Shown in pieces: positions 53,401-64,000 of a DNA stretch of 64,000 nt; the first letter of the stretch is position 1; each line of letters opens with the position of its first letter. The DNA is from Lama guanicoe (taxonomy: Eukaryota). The stretch covers positions 14,037,787 to 14,101,786 of the forward strand of contig MU056000.1 in the NCBI GenBank assembly GCA_013239625.1. Reading direction: 5' to 3'. The notes beneath the pieces were generated by a model, which saw only the letters and a list, made by a program, of their open reading frames with translations, was not told the DNA's origin and searched no databases. A program made the position numbers and the translations under genes.

Positions 53401-56374
53401 AATTTTAAAACTCCAGATGGTAGCACTATTTTGGAAATTTTCACTGGATAGGTCTACCAAATATTTAAAGAACTATTAATAGCAATGTTACAAAATATCT
53501 TTCAGAAAATATAAGAGGAGGGAACATTTTCTAAGTAATACAGTAAGCCGATATTACTCTGATACCAAAAGAAAAGGCAATAGAAAAAAAAACAAACAAT
53601 AAAACTACCTATAAATATCACTCATGAAATTGAATGAATAATCCTCAACAAAATATTAGCAAGCTGAATTACCAATGCATAAAAAGATGAAGTGGGATTT
53701 AGTTCATGTATGCAAGGCTGGTTAAGCCTTTGAAAATCAATCAATGTAATCCACCATGTCAATAAGATAAGGAAGTTAAAACATGATCATACTAACTGAT
53801 GCAGAAAAGCATCTGGCAAACTCCAACATCTATTCATGATAAAAAAATTCTCAGCAAGTTAGAAATAGAGAGGAATTAACACAACTTAATAAAGAGCATC
53901 TATATAATAAATCAACAGTTAACATCACATTAAAAGTGAAGAACTGAATACTTTTCCACTAAGATTAGGAACATGGTGACAATGTCATCTTTCACCACTG
54001 TTCGACATAGTACTGTAAGTTCTAGCCAGCATAGCACAAAGGCAAGAAAAGGAAAGAAAATGCGTGCAGCTTGAAGTATAGAATTAAAATTCTCCTTATT
54101 TATTGAGGACATCATCATTTATGTGGAAAATCTACAAAATAAACAAATATAAGAACAAAAGTTCTAGAATAAGTGATTCAGCAAGTTTGTAGGACAGAAA
54201 ATGTACAAACACAAATCAATAGTAATGATGAACATGCAGAAACTAAAATTAAAACACAATACATTTATAATCACTCCAAAGAAAATCATAAACTTAATAA
54301 ATGGTACAGTAATAAAATATGCACTAGGTATTTTATGCACCATATGCTGGAAATTGTAAAACACTGATGAAAGAAATCAAAGACTAAATAAATGAAGAAA
54401 TCATGTTCATAAATTAGGAGATTTAACACAGCAAAATGTCAATTATTCCCAAATTGATCTATGGGTTTAATATAATGTCTATAAAAATTCCAGCAAGATA
54501 TTTTTAGACATAAACAAGCTTATTCCAAAATTTCTATGGGAAGTTAATTCCTTAATTAGTTAAAACAGTCTTGACAAAGAAGAAACATTGCTATCTTTGA
54601 CATTAATACTAGCCATTAGCCATTTACCTACAGTAAAATTAGAAAATGAGCAAAGACCTGAACAAATATTTTACCAAAGACACAGATTGAAAATAAGCAT
54701 GGGGGAAGTTGTCAAATATCATTGGCCACTAGGAAAAAGAAAATTAAAACCACATGAGCTATTCCTACTCACTTATCATAATGGTTAAAAAAAAATAACA
54801 ACAACACTAAATGGGGGGAAGGACTTGAAGAATTGGATCACTTATATATTGCTGGTGAGGATGTAAAATATCACAATTACACTAGAAAACAGCCTGGCAA
54901 TTCCTTAAAAGAGTAAGCATGCTACTACCATGCCATTCAGCACACCCTGGCTTTATCTCTCAAAGATGAAAACTTGCATTCACACAGATACCTATAAATG
55001 AATGTTTATAGCAGGTTCATTGTATAGCTCCAAGCTAGAATCACCCTAGATGTTCTTCAGTGATGAAAGGTTAACCCATCTATGGTACAAGTTTACCATG
55101 GATTCCTATTCAGCAATAAAAAGGAACTGTTGATACATGCACCAACTTGAGTGACTCTCCAGACTTACGCTAGGTGAACAACAGCCAATTCTAAAAGGTT
55201 ATATAATTCATATTTCCATTTCTAGAGCATGTTTTACATGGCAACAATGTAAAAAAGGGCAAGTTAGTATTTTCCTGGGATAGTTGGGGAGTGAAGGGCT
55301 CAGGGTGATGACAGGAACCAAACTGGTTTGGTTCCGAAGGACAACGTGAGGGATCCTGTGGTGTTGGAACTGTTCACTGTGGTAACTGTGCTCTTGGGGA
55401 TACAAGGACTTGTAACATTTTTATAAAATTTAATACAAAAAAGGTACCCAAATTGGAAAGGAAGAGGTAAAATTACCATTATATGCAGATAACAGAATAC
55501 GATATATAGAAGACCCTGAAGACTTCACACAAAAACTACTACAGCTGATAAACAAATGCAACAAAGCAGGATTCAAGGCTAACATGCAGAAATCTGCTGC
55601 ATTTCTTTACACTAGTAATAAAATATCAGAAAGTAAAAAAAAAAATCCCTTTTAAAATTGCATCAAAAGTACTTCAAAATAAACCCTAACTAGTGAGGTG
55701 ACTTACATGCTGAGAACTATAAAACTCTGATAAAGGAAACTGAAGATGACTCAAAAAAATGGAAAGATATCTTATGCTTTTGCACTGGAAAAATTAATAT
55801 TGTTAAAATGGCCACACTACCCAAAACAGTTTACAGATTTAATGTGATCCCTATCAAATTACCTATGACACTTCTTACAGAACTAGAACAAATAATCATA
55901 AAATTTATACAGAACCACAAAAGATCCAGAATTGCTAAAGCAATCCTGAGGAAAAAGAAGGAAGCTAAAGCATAACCCTCCTAGACTTCAGACAATACTA
56001 CAAAGCTACAGTAATCAAAACAGCATGGCATTGGCACAAAACAGACACATGGATCAATGGAACAGAATAGAGAGCCCAAAAATAAACCCACCCACCTTCA
56101 GTCAATTAATCTTTGACAAAGGAGGTGAGAGCGTACAATGGAGAAAAGATAAGCTTCAGCAAGTGGTGTTGGGAAAGCTGGACAACTGCATGTAAACCAA
56201 TGGAGTTAGAACATTTCATCACATCATACACAAAAATAAACTCAAAGTGGCTTAAATATAAGACATGACACCATAAACCTCCCAGAAAAGAAAATAGGTA
56301 AAACAATTTCTGACATAAATTGTAGCAATGTTTTCTGAAGTCAGTCTCCTATGGCAAAAGAAAAAAGCAAAATG

Positions 56375-56429
56375 ATGACACAGCATTGTAAAATGATTAT
56401 AAATCAATAAAAAATTAAAAAAGAAAAAC
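56375..56429 (+). mobile_element. 55-bp L1 extreme-3'-end insertion with an 18-bp TSD
   Basis: atgacacagcattgtaaaatgattataaatcaataaaaa plus A tail; TSD aaagaaaaaagcaaaatg at 56357-56374 and 56430-56447. Confidence 0.9.
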
Positions 56430-57043
56430 AAAGAAAAAAGCAAAATGTGACCAATTGAACTTAAGAGCTTTTGCACAGCAAAGAACAACATAAACAAAAT
56501 GAAAAGACAAACTACAGACTGAGAGAAACTCTTTGCAAATGATGCAACTGACAAGGGCTTAATTTCCAGAATATATAAACAGCTCACACAACTCAATAAC
56601 AAAAATGCAAACAACCCAATCAAAAAATGGGCAGAAGACCTAAACAGACATTTCTCCAAAAAAGGCATACAGGTGGTCAATAGGAAAATGAAAAGATGCT
56701 CAACATCACCAATTATCAGAGAAACATAAATCAAAACTAAAATGAGGTATCACTTCACACCAGTCAGAATGGTCATTATCAAAATGTCTACAAGTAATAA
56801 ATGCTGGAGAGGGTGTGGAGAAAAGGGAACCCTGCTACAATGTTGGTGGGAAAGTAAATTGGTGCAACCACTATGAATAACTCTATGGAGGTCTTTAAAA
56901 ATTTAAAAATAGACCTACCATATCATCCAACAATCCCACTCCTGAGCATATATCCAGAGGGAACCCTAATGTTCATAGCAGCACTATTTACAATAGCCAA
57001 GGCATGAAAGCAACCTGTACATCAGCAGATGGATAAAGAAGCT

Positions 57044-57137
57044 ATGTGTGTGTATGTATATGGGTGTGTGTGTGTGTGTATATATATATATATGTGTGTG
57101 TGCATGCGTGTGTGTGTATGTATGCACACACACACAT
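57044..57137. repeat. Compound (TG)n/(TA)n/(CA)n microsatellite within L1
   Basis: Directly visible dinucleotide runs. Confidence 0.9.
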
Positions 57138-59889
57138 AATGGAATATTACTCAACTATAAAAAAGAATGAAATAATGCCATAACACCATTTGCAGCAACA
57201 TGGATGAATCTGGGGATTATTATACTGAGTGAAGTAAGTCAGACAGAGGAAGACACATATCATATGATATCACTTATATGTGGAATCTAAAAGAAATGAT
57301 ACAGATGAACTTATTTACAAAACTCACAGGCATAGAAAACAAGCATATGGTTACCAAAGCGGATAGGGGAAGGAGAGAGATAAATTAGGGGTTTGGGATT
57401 AAGAGATACTTGTTACTATATATAAAATAGATAAACAACAAGGACCTACTGAATAGCACAGGGAACTGCATTCAATATCTTGTAATAACCTATAATGGAA
57501 AAATATCTGAAAAAGACTACGTATGTATATATAACTGAATCACTTTGCTGTACACCAGAAACAAACAAAACATGGTAAATCAACTGCACATCAACAAAAA
57601 AATTTAAAAATAAAAATTAAAAAAAAAATTTAATACTCACACAAATAAATGCATAAATCAGTACAAGGAGACCTTGGGAAATCTGAAAGAAACTGGTGGA
57701 TTGTACCAATGTCAATATTCTTGTTCTGATAATATACTCTAGTTTTGTAAAATATTACTATTGTGAGGAATTGAGCAGACAAAATTTTCAAGAGATCGCC
57801 CTGTATTATTTCTCACAAATGCATGTAAACCTATAATTACTTCAATAAATTAAATTAAAAATATACACTTAGTTGAAAAAAAAACACAAACAATCAAGAT
57901 GAGTTCCTAGAACATTGGAAATGCTCTGAATGAATAAGCATCTTTGTTTAACTGGATGGGGAAGGGACATAAACAAAATGAGTTTCAGCTTACTAGCATG
58001 AATAGAGTTTATTTCTTCATCATAAGTCATATCTTAAAGCAAGTTTAGAAATCTCTAAAGATCACCAAATTTGTCTGCATGCTTTTATTAGAATTAAGTG
58101 TAAAGTGCATCCGATGTTGAGAATCAATTTCCACTCATTCCAAAATTAACATAAATCTTAGTGTCCTTTTAAAGTTCTACCTCTGCTAATTCTTTAAGTA
58201 CAGATGTTAATTAAATTCTACAATCTGGATGTTCAGATAAATATATTATAAAGGAAACATGACACGATAAAATATCTTTAAAATTTATAGAAAAGGGGAG
58301 TACAATATAGAATGATTTCACATTACAAATAGTAAACAAAACTATTTGCTGATATGAAAATTGATGACAGTGCCTTCATTGCTGCATTCCTAATCCAGGG
58401 GATTATTTTTCTCTTGTCTAAGATTTAACACAATGGAAAACAATGAAGTCATATACATTAAAATTGTCAAATATGTGACTATTTAGTTGGCTTTCACAAT
58501 AATGTTAATTTCATACAGTATTATTCACGTGTTTGGGTAACCCCACGTATACATGTATTTTACATGTAAAGGTTGTAAACTATCATTTTCAAGGAACATT
58601 ACAATACAGTTTATACACATTTTCCTTTATATAATGTTTCCTGAAGTCATTTTTTGAAGTCAAGATGGGAGATTGAGCACAAACATCTTATTTCTTCTTC
58701 TTCCTGAAGCTTCATTAAAATATAAGAAGTATTTAAAAGATTTAAATACTCAGCAAATTAAAGTTTGTAAGGTTTGTTCGCAATACAAAAGACAGTTCAG
58801 TAGGTTCTTCAAAGACAAATTGTAAATGAAATAATGATGACTGGTTTGGAAGAACAAAGGAAACTCTCCTTAAAAATGTTCAGAAGGGCCTGCCATGCAG
58901 GATTGTACCTTGTCTTGCATATTTCCTGAAAGCTTAGGTGTCAAAAATGCCAAATACATTTGAAGGTGGGGGTGAGATAAATATTAAAACATAAATGGAA
59001 AAATTATAGAAAAAGCTTTGAGATCTCCAAGGAGACCACTTGACAGTAATAAACCTCTCCCAGCAAAAGTGCTTATTCTTGGAAAATCGGATATAAATTT
59101 TTTTAAGAAAAACTTTAGGCATCTATGAGAACTATCAAAGAGAAAGAGTGATGAAACGATCACAGCCTCTCCTGATCTATCACATTAGCTTCTGAAGCCA
59201 ATGGTAAAGTTTTCTGTCTTCATTCTGTAAAGTGGGAAGCAATTATCACCTATCTATAGTTAACAAGAGTAGGCTGAATAAACATGTCAGTACTTTACAC
59301 ATGTTAAAAAGACAACCAAAGGAAGAGCTATATATTTAATGATACAGTGAAACAAGAAAAAGGGAAAAGAGGTAGAATCTGTAAACCTGTAGGCCCTCAT
59401 ATACTATAGCAGGAAATCAAGATAAAGTCAGATCAAGTTAAAATAAAAAAACTTAAATATTACAGAAGAAAAGCTGTGAGAAGGGAGTAGGTGGGAAGAA
59501 GAGCAATATCCATTTTGTGATAAGTGTTTTTGCACCATTTGCCTTTCACTACTATGCGTTGTATTAATATCAGTACAAATAAAAATTAATCTATTAAAAT
59601 AACAAAGGTGTTATAAAGACATACATGTAGAGAAAAATACTTGGTCTCATTTAATCATATAATTTTAAAAGAGGAATTATCCAAGACCATGAGGTTAATC
59701 ACATATGTTCCATTAAAATGATCATTATTTTGCAGATGTCAACTATTAAAACAAAGTAGCAATGTCCAACATTTCCAACATTATTAAAGATTCTTGTCAC
59801 TTTATTCAAGGTATCCTTATATATAATGAGCAAAGTAAACTTAAAGGACATTGTTTCTGAAAGATACTAACTTGAGATCATTTTGGTAG

Positions 59890-60022
59890 CTTTAGAAATA
59901 CTGATTTCAATTTTCTATTTTTCAGATTTCCTGACTTAATGAAACTGCGGTACAGTCTGGGCTTGAGGATTTTTTAAAACTTTCCATGTAATTCTCATAT
60001 TCAAACAAGGTTGAAAACTATA
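59890..60022. mobile_element. MER5-like hAT MITE fragment
   Basis: ttttttaaaactttccatgtaattctcatattcaaacaaggttgaaaacta resembles a MER5 end. Confidence 0.5.
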
Positions 60023-60761
60023 GGTATGTGCCTTATAATATTTGTCTCCTAGTAATATATGCCAGATCAAAGCTTTGTTTTTAATACATTAACCTGAATG
60101 TAGGGTTTTCTGTATCTTCATTCTTGTTATTTTCAGCATTTCTTGCAGATACTAAGGAAAATGCAGCTGCAAAGTGCAGAATAGAAGTTAATTATAAACA
60201 AATTAACAGCTCTCCAGAAAGAGTCTTTAGTCTTCCTCAGCTGTACTGCACACTGATGCTCCACCCCCACAAACATAAATATTTACTTAGTGTTATTTGT
60301 GCCGACAACTGATGTGTAATTAGATATTATGTTACCCTTCCTCATCTCGATGTTTATAAAAATAGTAATAAAACTGAAAATTCCTCCAGGTCAATTTAAT
60401 TCAATGGCACACACAATAATAACAGAGTTCAAAGAGCAAGATAACAAAGGCAATGCTAGAAGAAGGGAAAAACAGCATAAACCCATAACATGAGTCATAT
60501 ATGAGGGAAATGTAATTTCAAGTAATGTATATATATATCTGTCTCTCTTACGGCATTTCCTTTATGCTTATTGTCCTCTTATTTTAATTAAAAGTAGTTT
60601 ATATTGCCTTGAATACTGTAGATATATTTAATACTGCTCATAATTTTGATATGACAATAGAAATAACCCATGCATGCCAAAGCAGCTAATGAACTGAACA
60701 AGCAAATTCTGAGCATACAAGATATTCCAGAACAAGTTTATGTATCATTACTTTTAACCTT

Positions 60762-60777
60762 ATATATATAAACACAT

Positions 60778-60830
<53 letters not shown>

Positions 60831-60851
60831 CACACAATACACACATACACA
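60762..60851. repeat. Compound (CA)n(TA)n microsatellite
   Basis: Directly visible. Confidence 0.92.
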
Positions 60852-61069
60852 GAGTCAGTGGACACTGAAGTGAATTCAAAAAGGAAAGATAGTGATCTAT
60901 AATTATTCTGAGTTTCTGTTTATTTTAAAATAGGCTAAATGATATTTAACATATCTTGAAGATAAAATACATAAAATAAAATAATGCAATCAAACGAAAG
61001 TCAAATATATTACACTTTATCATACAGTTGGCAATTGTATTAAACTCTATGCTGAGTATGTGTGTGTAA

Positions 61070-61573
61070 GTGTGTCTTTTATGGACCCCTCCATTTATTT
61101 TGGAAGAATCAAGACCCCATTGTGGGACTTTGGGAGAAGAGAGTTCTAACTCAGCTGTGTAAACTCCAGGAGCCGGACTCTGTACCCACCCCACTTGGGC
61201 AGGCAGACTACTGACACATGACTTAATCTGGGCCAACAAATGCTCTTGTCTGGAGCTTTGGAACTTGACTGAGTGACACAAAGACCAAGAGGCAGGTTTG
61301 ATACTATTCGTGGCTGTGTTATATGGAACAGTAGCATTGCGTGTCGAGGGCAGAAGTGTTAATGGCAATCTTGTGACTCAACTGTCCCTGGGGTATCAAC
61401 TTGGCTTCATTTACAGCCACTCAGCCTTGCTTGGTTCCTGCTTTAATTAACACTGACTCACTGGCCTTTCTGCCAATTCTGTAATCTATCTAATATCCAT
61501 CTGGAAAGTTACTTTTATGCTTAAATTACTGAGTCAGATTCTGTTGCAGTCAAGAAAGTGATTTACTAAATCA
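61070..61573 (+). mobile_element. ERVL LTR (LTR33/LTR16-like)
   Basis: cacatgacttaatctgggccaacaaatgctc, gaacttgactgagtgacacaaagac, tgcttaaattac..agtcagattctgttgc end. Confidence 0.65.
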
Positions 61574-61831
61574 TGCCTTTGGTTGTAAGCACCCAATCAC
61601 ACCACCACATACACAAATAATCTAAACTATAACAACGAATGATGCTTGAAATCAAAGGAAAGAGAGCCAGGCTTAATGCAGTCTTCATACGTTTCTTTAC
61701 ATATTAGAGTCAAGTTTTTAGAACCAGTCTTTATTCTCATTCTATATGCTTACAATTTTATGTGACCTTCACAGACTCATAATTTTGTATATACTATGTA
61801 TATGGGGCCAGGTTTCCTGAGCAGTCTAAAC

Positions 61832-62020
61832 CTGCCCTGTCCAATATTGTAGCCAATAACAAGTAGCTTTTTAAATTTAAATAAAACAAACATTCAGAAC
61901 CTTTATTGCAATAGCTACATTTCAAATATTCAATAGCTACATGGGGCTGGTAGCTACCATATAAACAGTGTACATATAAAATGGGACCATAATTGCAGAA
62001 ACTTCTGTTGAATAGCACTG
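61832..62020. mobile_element. MER3-like hAT-Charlie MITE
   Basis: TIRs ctgccctgtccaata ... tgttgaatagcactg; tagctacatttcaaatattcaatagctacatggggctggtagctacc. Confidence 0.75.
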
Positions 62021-62931
62021 GGTCTAAATATATTACAATAATTCAACTTCCCCAACGGTTAAGTCATAAATTCAGACTTAAATTATTTGGAGTAGGTTGA
62101 TTGTCACTAGCCCAGTATGTGCTTGAACAGTAGTCCAATAAATCTCAATGAAAAGATGTATACCTATTCCATAAAATGAATTTATCTTATTTTATACTTT
62201 TACATATTTTGTTAATCAATGTAGAATTTTTTTTCAACAATGGATTGAAAAACTAGTGCCTAGAAATGGGGGTTTTAAAAGAGAGACCCTAAAATTTGAA
62301 TTTGAAAAAATATTTAGGCACCTAAAATCACTATATAACTATACACAAGGAAGTCCTTTTTATAACAGAGCACAGAAACTGACTGAACTGTTGCCTGCAA
62401 GTCTTGGGACTTGGACTTCCACATACTTTCCGAGTTTGCAGCTGTAGGGAATTGACCTGAATCCTAATTACATCATTTGTATCTCTGCTTTTACCTTTGC
62501 CTGAAGCCTATTCTACTCGGCAGGTATGCAAGTTAGTAAATCACTTCCCATTATTAAACTAGTTTTGGATAGTTTCCTTCAATAGCCAGCAGGATACTAC
62601 TAACCAATACAAACATTGCGTCAATCACTAATGCGATGAGAACAGTTCAGGATAAGTAGCATATTGAAGAATACATACATTTTTACATGCTATGGATTAC
62701 TAATGGCTAGAGGGCAACGATTAAAAGGGCTGAAGAAGATGAACAGTTCTATGACAAATGAGCAAAGACTCCATTATTCACGTTAATTTATAGCCTTTCT
62801 CTATCACTACTCCATCCTCTTGAATATGGGTCAGCTTCCTGTAAATAGTAAGGTTTTTTCTAAGAAAATAACTTCCTGGGTTAAAAGTTAACTGTGAAAA
62901 GTACAATTCCTAATTTTAAATATTTTATTGT

Positions 62932-63085
62932 TACTTTTTTTTTAAAAACCACTTTATTGAGTGTGATTAACAGAAAAACACTATAAATATTTAACGTATA
63001 CACCTCAAGTATACATCCATGAACCCCCACCACAATCTATGCCATAAACATATCCTTCACATCTAAATTTTCTCCTTTCCTATTT

Positions 63086-63117
<32 letters not shown>

Positions 63118-63748
63118 ACTATTATTGAGACAGGAAGGAAGGCAGAAGAACACAACCATTAAAAGAATGACACAGCTGTTGAGAAAAACAAGATATGACA
63201 AAAGGTGGTTAGAATCAAGTAGGTCCAAGATAGCAGAATATCTGACTTCCTGTAGACCTTGAGCCTCATTATATGCTTACTGTAATACATTAGCATACTA
63301 AATGACATAACCATCAGAATCATGACAGGTACCATGATAGTTCCAAGGCTGTTCATAAAAGGCCAAAGAGTGGTCAGTGGCCCAATTCCTGGAAATCCCT
63401 GCCCCTTCCCCAAAATAGAACATTCCTCCTACTCCTTTGCTATAAAATTACCCAGTCCATAAAAACTAATCACTCCCACATCCCAAGGATGCTCTCACTT
63501 TCTGAGATGGTCTGCATTCTGCCTATGGAACCTGTACCTCTCCAAATATACTTGCTTTCATTTTACTTTGGCTAGGATCTTGAACTCTTTCCTAAGCAAA
63601 GCCAAGGACCCTCACCTGGCAGTCTGGGCTCCTATGCATCCCAGAACGTAATATTTCCTTCTCATGCATCATTACTATTATTTGTGATTAGAGCACAACA
63701 TAAATTCTACCCTTTAACAATCTCTTAAGTATACAATACAATGTTACT
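62932..63748 (-). mobile_element. L1MA-type 3' end split by an LTR
   Basis: T tail plus ctttattgag...; resumes at 63672 with tttgtgattagagcacaacataaattctaccct. Confidence 0.75.
63126..63671 (+). mobile_element. MER41-like ERV1 solo LTR
   Basis: TGAGACAGG...CATCA termini; acattagcatactaaatgaca, ccctgccccttccc, cttgaactctttcct...agccaaggaccctc motifs; TSD ttat/ttac. Confidence 0.8.
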
Positions 63749-63749
63749 T

Positions 63750-64000
63750 TATTGTCACTCATGCTTCAGATTTCACCAATCACTTCCTCCTCCTTGAGAT
63801 TTTTCTCCTTCCTTATGTCCTGCAGTTCCATTTCTGTTCTATGGTTTCTAATTCCTCTGCTGAACTTTATTTTCAAACTCTTTATGTAGACCTAGTTTTC
63901 TCTTTTCCCTTAAAACTTTTTGTTCCTCAGAATTCTATTGTGAGCCAGGAGTCCACATATGTTTCCCTAAAATTTTATGCAGGGCTTCAATCACCACTTA
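63750..64000 (+). mobile_element. L2 fragment
   Basis: cacttcctcctccttgag...ttctccttcct pyrimidine-rich L2 ORF2-like motif. Confidence 0.45.

Larger units (their letters stand above)
55437..57624 (+). mobile_element. Younger 5'-truncated L1 (~2.2 kb) with TSD
   Basis: Starts KG.QIGKEEVKL..YAD; well-preserved ORF2 C-terminal half and 3' UTR; A tail; 12-bp TSD aaaatttaatac (55425-55436, 57625-57636). Confidence 0.93.
49935..57862 (+). mobile_element. Near full-length old LINE-1 (L1MC1/2-like): 5' UTR, ORF1, ORF2 and 3' UTR, interrupted by a younger L1
   Basis: GC-richer 5' UTR to ~50600; ORF1 remnant MEMTEDRINQLEDR (50987); endonuclease caactatatgctgcttacaa; RT; 3' UTR gagggatcctgtggtg...ggattgtaccaatgtcaatattcttg. 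Confidence 0.88.

Noticed and set aside
56252..56734. 160-aa hydrophobic ORF (longest in the track)
   Set aside because: It is an antisense reading of L1 ORF2, a common artefact
60946..61368. 140-aa minus-strand ORF
   Set aside because: It mostly overlaps an ERVL LTR; no recognisable protein features

Overview
This is eukaryotic (placental mammal) genomic DNA, not prokaryotic. It is AT-rich, CpG-depleted and dominated by interspersed repeats: many LINE-1 fragments of several ages, L2/MIR relics, MaLR and ERV LTRs, one degenerate near-complete class I (gammaretrovirus-like) provirus at 15460-21662, and Tigger/hAT MITEs. The youngest L1 3' ends look cetartiodactyl, most like camelid L1 from memory, and I saw no Alu, Bov-A/BovB, PRE-1, SINEC or ERE SINEs; the taxon call is an inference. 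No intact protein-coding gene, RNA gene or CRISPR array can be supported, and the supplied ORFs are repeat-derived or chance ORFs. Most L1/LTR elements lie on the + strand, which together with a few minus-strand splice-site pairs hints at an intron of a minus-strand transcript. I found no convincing undescribed biological system. The most interesting items are mechanistic or regulatory: an old provirus with GC-asymmetric LTRs and a deleted RT core, twin-primed L1 inversions, triple-nested L1s, a young 6-bp-TSD solo LTR, a MER41-like LTR with an intact STAT GAS motif, a triplicated AP-1 module, and a CpG-rich patch in an ancient L2. Repeat family names come from recalled consensus similarity, and boundaries of old repeats are approximate.
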